From contig MU058039.1 in NCBI GenBank assembly GCA_013265495.1, positions 622,591 through 686,590 on the forward strand: 64,000 nucleotides of DNA, in the 5' to 3' direction. This stretch comes from Vicugna vicugna (lineage: Eukaryota). Both the position numbers and the translations under genes were made by a program. The notes beneath the pieces are model-generated. The model searched no databases. It was not told the DNA's origin and worked only from the letters and a program-made list of their open reading frames with translations. Below, one piece after another: positions 47,111-59,759 of this stretch (position 1 is the first letter of the stretch; each line of letters starts with the position of its first letter).

Positions 47111-48424
47111 AGGTAAGAAATCATGAGAGCTGTGGCTTCTGGGGAAGTTGGGTGGAATTCTCCCAGAATGTAGCTGTCTGTTTCATGTTTTGCATGTCCC
47201 GAAGCCTGTGTCTTGACCTTTCTTGATGAGGTGTCCTCCAGCCCTATAAAATTTCTACTCAGGAAATACTTGCTATCAAAGCCAATTCCTCACCGTCCAT
47301 CCTCCATCTGCTCAGCCTTGCTCTAGGTATTCACGCTCTCTTTCATCCTTCTCTTGAGATGAAAGAACTCCCATTTTTTTTTGTGGTTCTGACCCGGAGA
47401 AAGAGCCTCATTTTTGAAATGGGCAAGGCAGGAATAAGTACCTCATGAGGTGTCATGCAGCTCAGCTCACTGCTTACATGTTAGCTGAAGTTACGAATAA
47501 CGATAAATAGGGAACAAAGCAGTTGATTTATTTATAAACATTGATTGAAGATCTGTTCTGGGCCCGGTACATTGAGCAAGGCAGACATAGCTTGCCCGCC
47601 CACAGAGAGGGAAGACACAAGCCACACAGCTAGGTCCCAGGCCACACAGCTAGGTCCCAGGTTCTAAACGTTCAGAAGGGTAAGATTTTTTTCTTTTGAG
47701 CCATAGAACAGGGGCTCCCCAGAGGCCCCCCAAGAAAGTGAAGTTTAAGTTACATATTCCGGGTGCAAAGGGAAAAAATGAACCTGGTGTACATCTTTTG
47801 ATAAGCCTCGCTTCTGAATGTTTCCAGCTGTGGGCAGGGATCTCCAGATGGGCGTTGCCATGGAAGCATCTTCCAGTTCTCACTTCCTGACTGAGTTTAT
47901 TTCCAAGTTTCCCGTGCCCATGCCAGTTCCCAGCTGTAAATACAGACGTGGCGGGGTCCCTTCTTCCTGCTGCCTTGTAATTGTGCGGAGAGCGGATGTG
48001 GCTAGGAGCCAACCCGGGAGCCTCCTCCCGACAGAGTTAGTTGTGGAACCTGCCCCGCCGTGGTTTCTCTTGGACCCGGGCTCTCTTTCCTTTGTCCTCT
48101 TGTGGGACTGTGCCAGCACGTCCCGGCCTGTGTTTTGAAACTTTAGACCCCAACTTGTATTTGATGGAGAAATGAGCTCATGAGGGCTTCCTCCACCACC
48201 CAGCCACTGGAGAAGTTGAATCAAATCTCTTTCATTCAGATCCCCGACTGAGGCTAGATTTGCCACCCCCGTGACAGAAACTGGGCTGGCTGTTTGCTCT
48301 TTGGGACTGTTTGTGAATAAAGGACTTGTTGGTCTAAACAAAGGAACAGCAAACAAGATGGAGGACGGGTGTAGCTAATTGCTCTCTGGGATTGAGACCT
48401 CTCAGCTACCCTTCAGTGCTTTAG

Positions 48425-48610
48425 AATAATCATTGCTAACGTGTTGAGAATTTACAGTGTGCTAAGTATACTCTAAATCCAAATGTAATCCTCTTAACCC
48501 AGTGAAGTGTTTATTACTATTATCCCCATTTTACAGCTGGGTAAGCTGTGGCAGAGGGCAAGTTATATTGTTGGTCAAATTGCCATACTGCTCTCTTAGA
48601 GCTCCTTAAA
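48425..48610 (-). mobile_element. MIR fragment
   Basis: ctattatccccattttacagctgggtaagctg. Confidence 0.75.
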
Positions 48611-49499
48611 CCCTGCCATTTTGGGCAAAAAAAGGGGAAGATTTAACCAGAGGCTGCTGGGATGGCCCAGAGAACCAAAGCAAGTGTACCAGTTAACTTG
48701 GTTATAAGTAACAGAAACACCAACTCAAACCTGGCTTCCCTGTCAGTCTGGCTGTCAGCATTGGTCCAGGTTTTTGTCTTCTCATCCTTGGCCCGAGAGA
48801 GAGAGTATCTTGTCCGCCAGCCATAGTGCAAAGCTTCAAAGCTCCTATCTAGTTGGACTAGGACAGGTCATGTGACCCTCCCTGAACCAGTCACTGTGGC
48901 AAGGGGGTGGGGTCACACTAACAGGCTGGTTGCTCCCACCAAAACCACTCGTAGGGAAGGGTGGAGTGGGTGCTGGGAAGCAGCCACCCTGTGGACGGGA
49001 GCTAGGGCACCAGTGCCACTCTCAGGATCCTCTTCCTCACTGCTCGTCCCCCGCCCCTGTCTGCTTTATTCGTTCTCTCATAGTTGTCATCTCTCTGCCT
49101 TTCCTTCTGCTGGGTGAGAAACCCGACCATCCACAGACCAAGCTGTACACCTTGCAGTACAGGCTCCCAAAAAGCCCAGAACAACCCAAAGAAGAGAAAA
49201 TGTCTCCCTTTGGACTCATTAACCAGGGCCAGGGAAGGGGTTCTTGAGACAGGCCCAGTTAAGGTCAGGTGCTCTTTCTGAGCCAGTCAGCTGTAGGCAG
49301 AAATAGCATCACTGTTCCCGCTGTCCCCTCCTACATGCCTTCTGTGTTCTTTTCCCAGGACCTCTGAGCCAGGAGTCATTTAAGCAGGACCCCTGAGGAC
49401 AGCAGTTGGGCTGCACTCACTGTCAGGACACTAAAACCTCATTTTACTCCCAAGCCACTGGAGGATGAGGGATGTCCCTTCCATCTTCCACATTCCAGA

Positions 49500-49930
49500 G
49501 CAGCCCCCTGCGGAAAGGCCAACTCTTCAGCATAGCCCACCAGGTGCATGCTGTGGTCCCCGCCCCAGCCTCATCCCGCAGGTCCCTCTATGCTCTGCCC
49601 TCCAGCCACCTGGCCTGCTTTCGGTTCCTTTGGCACATGGCACTTGTTCCCTATCCCTGGGGTGCTTCCTCTTCTCCCTCGTCTTGTTCCCCACCTCCGC
49701 ACCCCTATTCTGGCCTACCCGTGCCATTCAGATCTCCCCAGAGCATCACCGCAGCAACCAGACCGCACATTCCACCCTTCTTCCCTGAACTACTCAGCTT
49801 ACACATTTAGGGCGTTTTCATCCTCAGTGATGTCAGCTCCTTAAAGGCAGGGGCCAAATCTGTTTTGTTAAAGGTGTGACCCCTTCCACTAAAGGTACGC
49901 CTTCCTGAGTTTTGCTGAGGAAATGAATGA
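49500..49930 (+). mobile_element. L2 3' fragment
   Basis: tgtcagctccttaaaggcagggg...tgctgaggaaatgaatga tail. Confidence 0.6.
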
Positions 49931-49949
49931 GGTGATAATAGTAATATAA

Positions 49950-50260
49950 TTAACAGTAGCTGCCTTTTGAATGGCTGCTTAATAGGCACTGTACTAAGCA
50001 CTTTTTGTATGTAAGCCTTTAAATGGTTACTCCCATTTAACAGAATATAATAATGATGGTAGTAATTTATGGAGCAGTGAGTGTCAGAGATTGTCCTGAG
50101 TCCTTTACCTGTGTCATCTCGTCAAACCCTGACAACAGTTCCCTGAGACCAGTATTGTCATCATCCTGACTTCACAGTTGAGGGAAGTGGTGCACAGTGA
50201 CCCTGCCCACATCACTCAGCTAGGAGGTGGCAAAGCTGGGATTCCAGCCCTGACCAAGTA
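49950..50260 (-). mobile_element. MIR fragments
   Basis: aggcactgtactaagcactt; cacagttgagggaag...aggtggcaaagctgggattc. Confidence 0.7.
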
Positions 50261-50417
50261 CTTGCTATCCTGTCTCCCTGCATGTGCAGTGACACCATCC
50301 TAGAGAGCTCTGATCATTTGACCAAGGCCACACAGGTAGGAGGTAGTAAGAACCCATGGTTTACCTGTCAGCCATTTTTGGTGGGATCGAGTTGCACACC
50401 AGCTTCCCGCGTGTATG

Positions 50418-51317
50418 TGTGTAAAGGAAAAACACACTTATCCTGTGTCTTCTTTACTCATACACTGTACTGCAGCATTACTTCCCTGCTGACACCAGAT
50501 ATGTGGCTTTTCCCCATCAAGTGATTAACTCAATTCTGATACTCACTGCATGGAAGTAGCATCAGGTCCCACGGGTTAAGGGCTCAGTCCTACAAAGTGT
50601 CCCTCACCCCCAACCTCCCCACCTTGCTTCTGACCCACCAGCTCTACATCGGAGTTTCCCACAGCCCCCTCCCTTGGGTTCAGTTAATTTGCTACAGCAG
50701 CTCACAGAGCTCGGTAAAACATTTACTTACTAGATTGCCTGTTTGTTAAAAAGGACAACACTCAGGAACAGCCAGGAGAAGATGTGGAGGGGAAGACACG
50801 GGGAGGGGCGTGGCACTTCATGCCCTCTCGAGGGGGCCACCCTCTCTGCACCTCCATGGGTCTGCCATCCCGGAAGCTCTCCCAGCCCCATGCTTTTGAG
50901 GGTTTACAGAGGCTTCATTACAGAACCGTAGTTGATTATGCCAATTGAACTCAATTTCCAGCCCTTCTCCCCTTCCCAGAGGTCAGGGTTGGGGCTGAAA
51001 GTGCCAACCCACTAATCGAGGTTGGTTCCCCTGGCAGCCAGCCCTCCCCCGTCCTCAGGTTATCGCAGGGGCTTTCCACAAGTCACTCCATTAACAAACT
51101 CAGGTGTGGTTGAAAGGGGCGTGTTCTGAATAACAGGACACTCCTTTCACCTTTATCATTTTGAAACTGCTTTAGGAACTGAAGACAAATGGCCAAATCA
51201 TGCAAACCATAAGATGCTCACTTTGCTCTCATCACTTAGGAAATTCCCAGGGTTTTAGGAACTCTGCCAGAGACAAAGACCAACTAGGAATTTCTTACTA
51301 TAAATCCCAATACCACA
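50418..51317. mobile_element. MER21-like solo LTR (900 bp) with 5-bp TSD
   Basis: Starts TG, ends CA; flanked by gtatg at 50413-50417 and 51318-51322; cccacgggttaagggctcagtcc and ttaggaaattcccagggttttagga motifs. Confidence 0.85.
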
Positions 51318-52064
51318 GTATGTATTTCTATACATTATATACTCATATTCTGTATATTTCAACATTGTACATAATTAGACAAATGCCAATGAAAATCACG
51401 CTGAGATAAGAGTTCTCACGTCTCAGGAGGGCGGGCCCAAAAAGTGAGCAGGGCTGCTGCCGGGAAGCAGGCAGGCTTGTCCACAGCCGGGAGAGGGAAA
51501 GCAGGACTATTGCTTTGAAGGGACTCCAAGGTCAGCACGGCCCTTGCACACACCCTGCCTTTGCCCAGCAGTCTCACTTCGAGGAATTTTTGCCTGCAGG
51601 TATTCCCAAGTGTGAGAAGTGATCTCTGTCCAGGGTGGTTCAGTACAGCACTGTTTGGGAGAGCAGACGTTGGGGGCTGACCTACACGTCCATGACTCCC
51701 CGGGGGCTGGAGGGTCAGTTAGGTTCATCTAGACAGTGGTGCTCTGTGCTGCTTGCAGGGGAATGGGGTCCTGCAGGGAGCGCCTTCCGTGGTTCCCTGC
51801 CGAGTAGGAAAAAGGGAAGGAAAGGGAACACCTTTTATTAGTAATTCTCAGTTGGGAGGGGCATGCTGGAACCTGGGGGAAGAGTGTAGATTTCATGAGG
51901 ATTCCAGTCCCAAGCCGCCCTAGTGCACGCGTCCCATCAGACCAGCTCACCTCGGGTGTCTGCAGCAGGCGCCATGTTCTTGGCTCTGTGCACATGTATA
52001 TGTTGTACAGACGGACAGACAGGCATGTCCCAAATCATGCACGTGTGTGTGTGTGTGTGTGATT

Positions 52065-52340
52065 TCATTTCAGGTCTCAGTTTGAATGGCTGGGACCCCA
52101 CCTCACAGAGGCCTTCCTGAGCATCATGTCTAACGTGGCCCTCCCTTGTCACTGTCTGTCCCCTGCTTTGTTTTCCATCAGAGCACTTGTCATCTTCTGA
52201 TGTCACATGTTTGTTTGCCCCTTTCTCCTCAGCTCTGAGGGCAGTGATCTCTGTTTCCTTCCTCAGTGTATCTCAGCGTCTAGAGCAGTGCCTGGCCCGT
52301 AGTAGTTGTTTAATAAGTACGTGCTGAATGGACGTGAATG
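52065..52340 (+). mobile_element. L2 3' end
   Basis: cctcacagaggccttcctga...tctagagcagtgcctggcccgtagtag...gtgaatga. Confidence 0.8.
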
Positions 52341-52894
52341 AGCCTGAGCAGTGAAACTTACCCCTGTGTGGGATGTGGACCTGAGGCTCCCAGAGGCCTT
52401 GCTCCCCAACTACCCCCCGCCCCCCGGCATGGAACAAACTGAGGGCCCGCTTCTCTTCTGACTGGGGCAGGAGGCGGGAACTCCCCCAAGACTGCCTCCT
52501 ATGCAGCTAAAACTCTCCCTTTGCTCACATTTCCTTTTCAGTCACCTTGGAAGATTCAGATGCAGGCCAGGTCTCTTCTGAGGGGATCTCTGCCCATGAA
52601 GCACTGAGAAAAGTGGTTGTGATGTTCACATCTGATGCCCACTCCCCCGGCCATCTGTGGCCCGTCTCTCCTCTCTGGCTTTGATGATGCTTGTTCCGGG
52701 CAGTGATCCCATGGAGGATAGCTAGAAGGGGAAAGACACTTCCATTCTGAAGGCCTCCCTCCGCTGAAGGACTCTTCACCTCAGTCTTGTGCTTAATATT
52801 ATTAGAGTCCGGTTTGCCCAAGAGCCGTCCTCAGACTTGAGGAGTTGAGAATGCCGCTTGTTATTTCTATGGTGTTTTACTTATAACAGTTTCA

Positions 52895-53140
52895 CTAACA
52901 TCCTTTGGGGCTCCAGGTACTTTGCCGGTCACTTGATCCATGTTCCCTCATTTAACCCTCCCAGCAAGCCTGTTCAGGGGTAGAAATTACACCACCATCC
53001 CCCCTTTACTGATAAGGAAGCTTGGACTCAGAAAGGTCTAGTAATGAGTCATGGGTCACACAGCTGCTGAGATACAGAGCTGGGATTTGATTCTGGCTCT
53101 CACTGACCACCAAGAAGGCGCTTTTCCGGCCACATGGCCT
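52895..53140 (-). mobile_element. MIR SINE
   Basis: ctcatttaaccctc...ttactgataaggaagc...ggtcacacagct...gggatttga. Confidence 0.75.
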
Positions 53141-53419
53141 GACTGCATCCCCATCTGCTTTGGGGATTCTCCCAGTGGCTAGTGGAGGAGGGTCTGGTTT
53201 CCTACAGTGTAATGTGGTTTGTTAATCATGTTACAAAGTGCTGCTGGCCAGCATGAGGCCTTGATGGATGGAGGAAGTGGGTGGAGAGCGCCTGCTTGTT
53301 TATTTCTCATAGACATTTAGCACACAAATGACCAGACTTCTGTTTCTCCTCGAGGTTGGTTTCCATCTTGGTCAGGGGAGAGGGTTGGATAACAGCCAGA
53401 GGAACCCTGTTATCACCCA

Positions 53420-53940
53420 GTTAGATCTGTCCCTCTCTGCCGAGAACCCTTCTGTGGCTCCCTGCTACCCAGAGTAAAAGCCAGAGTCCTCACCATCCCC
53501 AACCAGACCCCACATGATCTGCCCCCATTATCTATGACTTCATCTCCTCCTTCTCTTCTCCTCACTTGCTTTGCTCCTTCCATGGACCTCCTTAGTGCTC
53601 CATAGACACCAGGTTATGCACCTGCCCCAGGACACTTGCACTGGCTCTTCCTGCCAGTGAAGGAAGACCAGGAAGGAAGGCTTCTCTCATTACCATGTAT
53701 TTCGCCCCTCACATCCTTCAAGCCTTTGTGCATATGATGTCTTCTTAGGGAGGTCCCCATCTCCCTTCTCTGCTTTTCTCTATAGCACTTACCTGACCTG
53801 CTGTAGCTTTTAGTTACTTTGTTTATTGTTCATCTTCCGCACAGAGTCGCCAGCTCTGATGTCCTGTTCATCCGGTGCCCACAGCAGTGCCTGGCTCCAG
53901 GTAGACACTCAGCAAACATTTCTTGAAAGAATGAATGCAT
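53420..53940 (+). mobile_element. L2 3' region
   Basis: cagagtaaaagccagagtcct...catgatctgcccc...cagtgcctggctccaggtagacactcagcaaacatttcttgaaagaatgaatg. Confidence 0.85.
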
Positions 53941-54309
53941 CCCCAAGTGCAGAATGGTCAGATCCTGTCATTTTGGTGCTGGGGGAGGAGGTGGGAGGGG
54001 GATTAGTTTTGCTCATCAGGTCACAGTGAGACCTTCCCATGTGCCAGGCTGCAGCTCTGGGCTCCAGACACCAAGGGGAAGAAGCCCCGGCTCTCCAAGT
54101 AGATTTAAGCTGTGGAGGAAGGTACACCTGCTGAGGAGAGCCCAGATCCTGCCCCCGTGCCCTGGCTGCAAGGGAGGCTGTGAGAGCCTGTCCCCAGCCT
54201 TTGTAATATTGTTCCATGGGAGGCAGGCCCAGCCTCCCACAAAGGATCATAGATGGGAAATTCCCAAATCATTGGAAAGATTCTGGGCAGCCAAAATGGT
54301 TTAATTCTT

Positions 54310-54460
54310 TAAACTTTTTATTAAACCATACTATGCATCTAGAAAAAGACAGGGGCACATACTAAAAGTGTGTGAGGCTAGATGAACTTTAACAAATGAC
54401 ACACTCATGTAACCAGCTGTAAAAACTAGTATTTTTAGCCCCCAGAAGTCCCTTTTCTAC
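54310..54460 (-). mobile_element. Old L1 3' end fragment
   Basis: aaactttttatt...gatgaactttaacaaatgacacactcatgtaaccag...ccccagaagtccc. Confidence 0.55.
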
Positions 54461-56220
54461 CTATTCGCTTGCTCAGCTCAGGCCCAAGTGTGGGCTGCAG
54501 AATGACCCGAATCCACCCCCTGAATTGTGTGGACTTGCTGCCAATTTTGAAATATTTTCATGCTCTCCCATCCCCTCCCCTTCCCCAGAGTCGCTTTCTC
54601 ATCTGGCTCCGTCCAGGCCCCTCCCTGCACAGGTTAGTCCAGAGCTTCAGCCAGTGTTGCCGCAGCAGGTGTGTGTTGTGTGGGGCCCTTACTCTCTGCC
54701 TGGGATCAGCTTTGTTGTCCTGTGACGTGAGTCACAGCAGGGCTTAAAAGCAGTGGCTTGGTGAGGCCTCTGGTTCTGGGCCAGCCCTGGAGGCCGACTG
54801 GCCTGTAGGAAGTGAACGAGAAGGCCTCTTGTTTCTCTAAGCTTGGTTCTTCTGTATTCTTCATCCCCTGTTCCCTCCTGTTTCTCATATCTGGACTTGT
54901 TCTCGAGAGCGCAGGTGTGATGGGCAGCAGCTGCTGCCACAGGCCTCCCTCGCCCTTTCTGAGAGGCTTTGGGCATTTGGAGAACTCTGGGGTAGTGAGG
55001 CAGCTCAGCCAGCATGAGTTAAAACAAGCGTGGAAGGAGAGAGGGCCCGGCTTCTGTCTCTCTACCGTCAGTGCCCTTGGGTCCCTGAAGACCTGACTCC
55101 CACCTCGGCTTGGGTGTCCCTCTGGTGCTGTTGGGAAGTGCTGGCCAGGCTGACTTATCAAAATTAGTATCTCTGGGAGTTTGCTTTCGGCCTGCCCAAG
55201 GGCTGCATAATTGGAGGGACTGTGGATATCACAAGCAGGTAAAATTTGATGTTTGAGCTTGTAATAGGTCAAAAAAGCGGGGTGGAGGGATAGCCTTGAA
55301 GGAGAAAATATAGGGCATTAATGAGCTCAACCAAGTATTCTTCCAAGCTGCTGGAGGACATGTGAATCATTGCAACCTTTTTAGAAGACAGCCTAAAAAA
55401 GAAATCTTACTTATTTTTGAATGAGCAGTACATGCACGTGATAAAGGATTCAAATGACACACACAAAAAAATGTACAGTGAAGTCTCACCCCCTGCTCTT
55501 AAAATAGACGAGCCCTACTACTGGGGCTAGTGGACACGCAGGAAGGCTCTGGGTGGACACATCGCCACAGCACTGTTGGGTTGTGCCACTCTGGGGGCTC
55601 TGTTTGCTCTGTGATCATGGTAGCCCTGGAGTTGTTCTCTGTGGCACTCTGCACCCCTTCCCCTTTCCTGCTCCTCATCCCAGGAGAAGGATGCATTCCT
55701 CCAGGTTCTGGTGTTCCCCTCAGGATGCATGTGGCTGTCAGTGGGTTGGAGCTCATGACCCCTTTGGGTCATAACCTGTCTTTTATCTCCTGCTGGGCTT
55801 CACTTGCTGTGGCTGTTCTCAAACTGAGGCTCCCCACCTCGACTAGACCACATTTATTCACAGTGCTGTCTCCCCTCTCTTGACTGTGTCCCTTACCCTC
55901 CTGCCACCACTGAAAAGAAAGAGAGTACTTCCTGTCTCTGGAGCAGCATCTCTTCCTCTGTTTCCTCCCCTGCTGGTCATTCATCAGGAGTGAGAGCTCA
56001 CTTCTCACTGGCTTGTCTGTTCCTCTGACCCCCTCAGAGAAGGAAGGACCTGGTTATTACTGACTCTGAGGCTTTATCTTGCTTAGGGCATGTGTATGTG
56101 TATAAAAGAGTATTCTCAGATTTCTGGTTTGGGTAGTTGGTGGTGTCTGGTGGACCACTATGTACCAGTGGATGGGAGAAAAACAGGTACAGGCAAGGAT
56201 ATTATGTCTATATTATGTCT

Positions 56221-56265
56221 ATATACATACACACGCACACACACACAGAGGGAGAGAGAGAGAGA
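56221..56265. repeat. (CA)n(GA)n compound microsatellite
   Basis: atatacatacacacgcacacacacacagagggagagagagagaga. Confidence 0.85.
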
Positions 56266-56559
56266 ATTCATGTCTTTATTGAAAATACAAAAATATGCCC
56301 TACCAAAAAATAGGCAGTGATTGTTCATTCATTAAATTCTTGTAACAGGCATTTGGTGATCTGCTCTCACTGTGCTGTGCATGACTTGAATCTGGCAGAA
56401 AACCACTTTGGAAAGACTCATGAGACCATGTAAAGAGCAGTCTCAAATCTTCCTTCTCTGCCTCACTCCCCCTAGTGCCCCCAACCCGTGGCCAGTCCAT
56501 CAGCAAGGTGGCAAGGTGTGTTCTTCCTTGACCTGAAACAGACCTTCACCAGCCTCCTC

Positions 56560-57560
56560 CTTTCCATTCCTCTGCCCTTACCTTGGTCCCAGCCCTCACT
56601 GTCTCTCCCGGCTATCAGAACAGCAGCCACCTCACTCTTCTCCCTGCTTCTCTTCCACCCCGACAATCTCTAGGCAACAGCCAGGGGGGTCTTTCAACAG
56701 TGTCGTCAGAGCGCATCATTCTCCTCCTTCTCATCATACTTAGAATAAAAAGCATATGGCGGACGGTGGCTCACCAGCCCCGCGAGCTTCTGCTACGTCC
56801 CCTAACACTTCCTCCCTCCCTTGCCGCAGTGATCTGGGCAGGCAGGCTTCCCTGAGTTTCTTTCACATGTTCCTCCATCCTCCTCCATCTCCAGGAATAT
56901 TCTTTTTTTTAAACTTTCATTAGAGACTTTATTACCAATCCAGTAATTCAGTCTGGATAGCCCTTTGAGTGTCTTTTGAGATATAATTTGCATACCATAA
57001 AGTTCATCCTTTGAAAGTGTACTGTTCAGTGGTTTTTAGTGTATTCATAAGGCTGTGCAACCATCACCGGGATCTAATTCTAGTACAGCTTCATCAACCC
57101 CAAAAGACACCCTGTCCCCATTAGCGGTTACTCTCCTTCCATTTCCGCCTCCTCCCAGCCCCTGGCAACCACTAGCCTACTGTCTGTCTCTTCGGATTTG
57201 CCTATTCTGGACGTTTCATATAAAGGGAATCATATGTGTGGTCTTCTGTGACTGGCTTCTTTCACTCATATTGTTGATGAATATGGATGAATATGTTCAT
57301 CCATATTCTACGTGAATCAGTACTCGTTCTGTTGAGAGCTGTGCACCACCCCACTGCGTGGATGTGCCACGTGTTGTTCATCGTGGCACTTCTCACCGTC
57401 TGTACTTCTGTGTATTTGCTTGCCTGTTTATCTCCGGTCCCCTGTCCTGGACTGTAAGCTTTGTAAGGGCAGTTTCTCTGCTTTTGTTCACCGTGTCCAG
57501 CACCCTGCCTCGCACAGAGCCCAGCGCTGGGTGGTGCTGAACAGTTGCTGGATGAAAGAC
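56560..57560 (+). mobile_element. L2 split by an L1 insertion (L2 parts ~56560-56900 and ~57385-57560)
   Basis: cagccaggggggtcttt; cttagaataaaa; gactgtaagctttgtaagggcag...ttgctggatgaa. Confidence 0.7.
56903..57385 (-). mobile_element. L1MB-like 3' end with extra 3' segment
   Basis: ttgagatataatttgcataccataaagttcatcctttgaaagtgtactgttcagtggtttttagtgtattc...cagcccctggcaaccacta. Confidence 0.85.
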
Positions 57561-57779
57561 TCAGTCTTGCTCATCTAGTTCTCATGTTCTCTCCTCCTAA
57601 ACCACAATGACTGTAAGCCCATTCTGTGGGAAATTCTGCAGCTGGCTTTCTACCTGCTGTTGAAGAGAGAGCAGGAGTCTGGTCCTAAGGCATGAGGATA
57701 CTTTAAACGGTGGAGGTTGCTAGAAGGATTTCTGTATTGTAGAACACTGTCCATTGGTCATCTGCTTTGTAAGCCACAG

Positions 57780-58245
57780 TATCGTCTGAAAGCACATGTG
57801 GCTGCCAGTAGCAGAGGTCAGAAGTAACAGTGCTGTAAACTCAGTGGAAGGTAGTTTCTCTTATGAGTAAAATGTCCTGAGATCGGCCATCTGGGGCTGG
57901 GGTGGCAGCTCCACTGTCCTCAGGTAAAGCAAGATCCTTCTATCTTTCTACTTAACCACTCCTAGCACAAAGCTTTCATCTGTGAGTTGGCTTCGTGGTC
58001 CACTGTGACTGCTGGAGTCAAGCCAGTGAGTCTGTAGTCCAGGTGGGACTCGGGGTAGGGAAGGGACACAAAAGTGTAGTCCAGCTCTTTATTCTTGGTC
58101 AGGAATTTTCCTTGAAGTCTCACAGCAACATCTGCCTACCTCTTGTTGAGCACGCATAGCTGCAAGGCAGGCTGGGAAATGTAGTCTTAGCTGAGCATTC
58201 CAAGAAGAAAGGGAAGAATCACTACTAGGCGGTCAGCGAGCACCA
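57780..58245 (-). mobile_element. MLT1-like LTR
   Basis: catagctgcaaggcaggctgggaaatgtagtcttagctg; same family as 1505-1980. Confidence 0.65.
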
Positions 58246-58449
58246 GCAAGTCCACCTCCTGCCCTTAGTACCCTGGGCCATGGCAGCCAGCTTCTGCCCA
58301 CTGGCCTGGACCTTCAAGCCTCCCTCTTTCCGTGAGTGGCCAGAATCAGAGCAGTGCCTTTCTCTGTCTGGTTGACCAGAAGGTGAGATTTTGAAGCTTC
58401 TCAAGGGCCTTCAGTTCAAAAAACTGACCAATCACCAGCAATTAGACTA

Positions 58450-58585
58450 ATGATAACTGACCTTTACTGAACACTTACTACATGACAGATCCTGCTGTAC
58501 ATACTTTTCATGGAGTAATTTCCTTCCTCCTCATCCCCATTTTACAGATGAGGAGACCGAGGCACAGAGAGATTAGGTAACCGCA
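58450..58585 (-). mobile_element. MIR fragment
   Basis: catccccattttacagatgaggagaccgaggcacagagagattaggtaac. Confidence 0.9.
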
Positions 58586-59189
58586 GACATTCCCACTGCT
58601 AATGATGGTGTTTTCATTCTTCCCTTTCAATATATATAATGAATAAGAGGATTAAAAATAAAGCCTGACCTATTTTGGTAGATTGGCCAGTGTTCTGTCT
58701 CTCATCTGATGAGCTGAGGTCTAGAGAGTGCTTTGTGGAAGAGCACTCAGCAGTCGAAAGCACATTGACAAGCTGTTTTCATAGGAGTGCAGGAACGGGC
58801 TTAGCTCTTGGCACATCCAGCAAATGCCTGGTGACAGGAGGAAAAAGGATTCACAAGCTCTGCAGGATTTCCCCAGCCCGTGAGCCTGCAGCCAGCAGAC
58901 CACAAAGCAGTTGTGCCCGTGGGCTGGGCCTGGCCTTTAAAATCATGGTCTCCCCGACTGCTCTTTGAGGTCTGTGGGGAGAAAGAAGGCTGTTCCTCAT
59001 TTAGGTCCTGAGAATTAATTCAGGCACCAGGTCATCTGTCTGATGCCTCTGATCAGCATGCTTGGTAGAAACCTTTGATTCCCAAAGTTCACCTCTGAGT
59101 TGAGGGTTTTGGAGACACCGTCAGGTCCCTACAGTGGCTGATCACAGACTCTCTGGGGTGACGGCCCAGCCTGTCCATAGCAAGGTTCT

Positions 59190-59660
59190 CATTAGGAATG
59201 CATCTGGCTGCAAGTATCCAACTATACAGGGGACACTGTCACTTCAACACATCACAGTCTATGTCCTATAACATCTGGACGGAGAGGATGGGGCTCAGAG
59301 GCTTGGCAGGGTCAACGCCAGTGCTGCTCTGACTCTCTTGTCCCCTGGTGGCCACAGGATGGCTGCTGCACCCCCCTCCCCAAGAGGCTGGGGCACCCCC
59401 AGGGTTCAGCCCTCCTGTTCCAGCAGAGTAGTGTTCTGGGGACAAGAGGGAACCTCTCAAATCCAGGCATCACATCCACATTCCAAGCTAGAAAAAGACA
59501 GACTGGCAAAGGGGCAGAGGACTGTGTGGATGTGACTCTGTGAGGAGGGCAAAGACTTTCCTGGAATCCCTGGATGAGAACCCATCACTTACCCCAAAGT
59601 GAAGGCATGCTTCTATGTTACCCTCTAGCCATACTTGTGTTTTCCTTTTGTATTTAGGTC
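59190..59660 (-). mobile_element. MLT1-like LTR
   Basis: attaggaatgcatctggctgcaagt; tggccacaggatggctgctgca; caggcatcacatcc. Confidence 0.55.
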
Positions 59661-59759
59661 TTGGATCCACCTGAAAACAATGTCTGAGTGTGGAATGAGA
59701 TTGGGTTCAAGGCCAAACCTTTACTCCTAACTCTGTGCTTGGGAAGTGGCATTGCTGGT

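Noticed and set aside
21903..47661. Short direct repeats as a CRISPR-like or other array
   Set aside because: Each is an unrelated two-copy tandem duplication without spacers, in eukaryotic DNA
48290..48360. Pre-miRNA-like hairpin
   Set aside because: Stem is broken by several large bulges; too little continuous pairing
23544..51317. Two MER21-like LTRs as the ends of one provirus
   Set aside because: They are 27 kb apart with no gag/pol between them, clearly diverged, and the second has its own TSD
54706..55272. Longest ORF in the track (188 aa, minus strand)
   Set aside because: Non-ATG start, no recognisable domain, similar-length ORFs overlap on both strands; consistent with chance in GC-richer DNA
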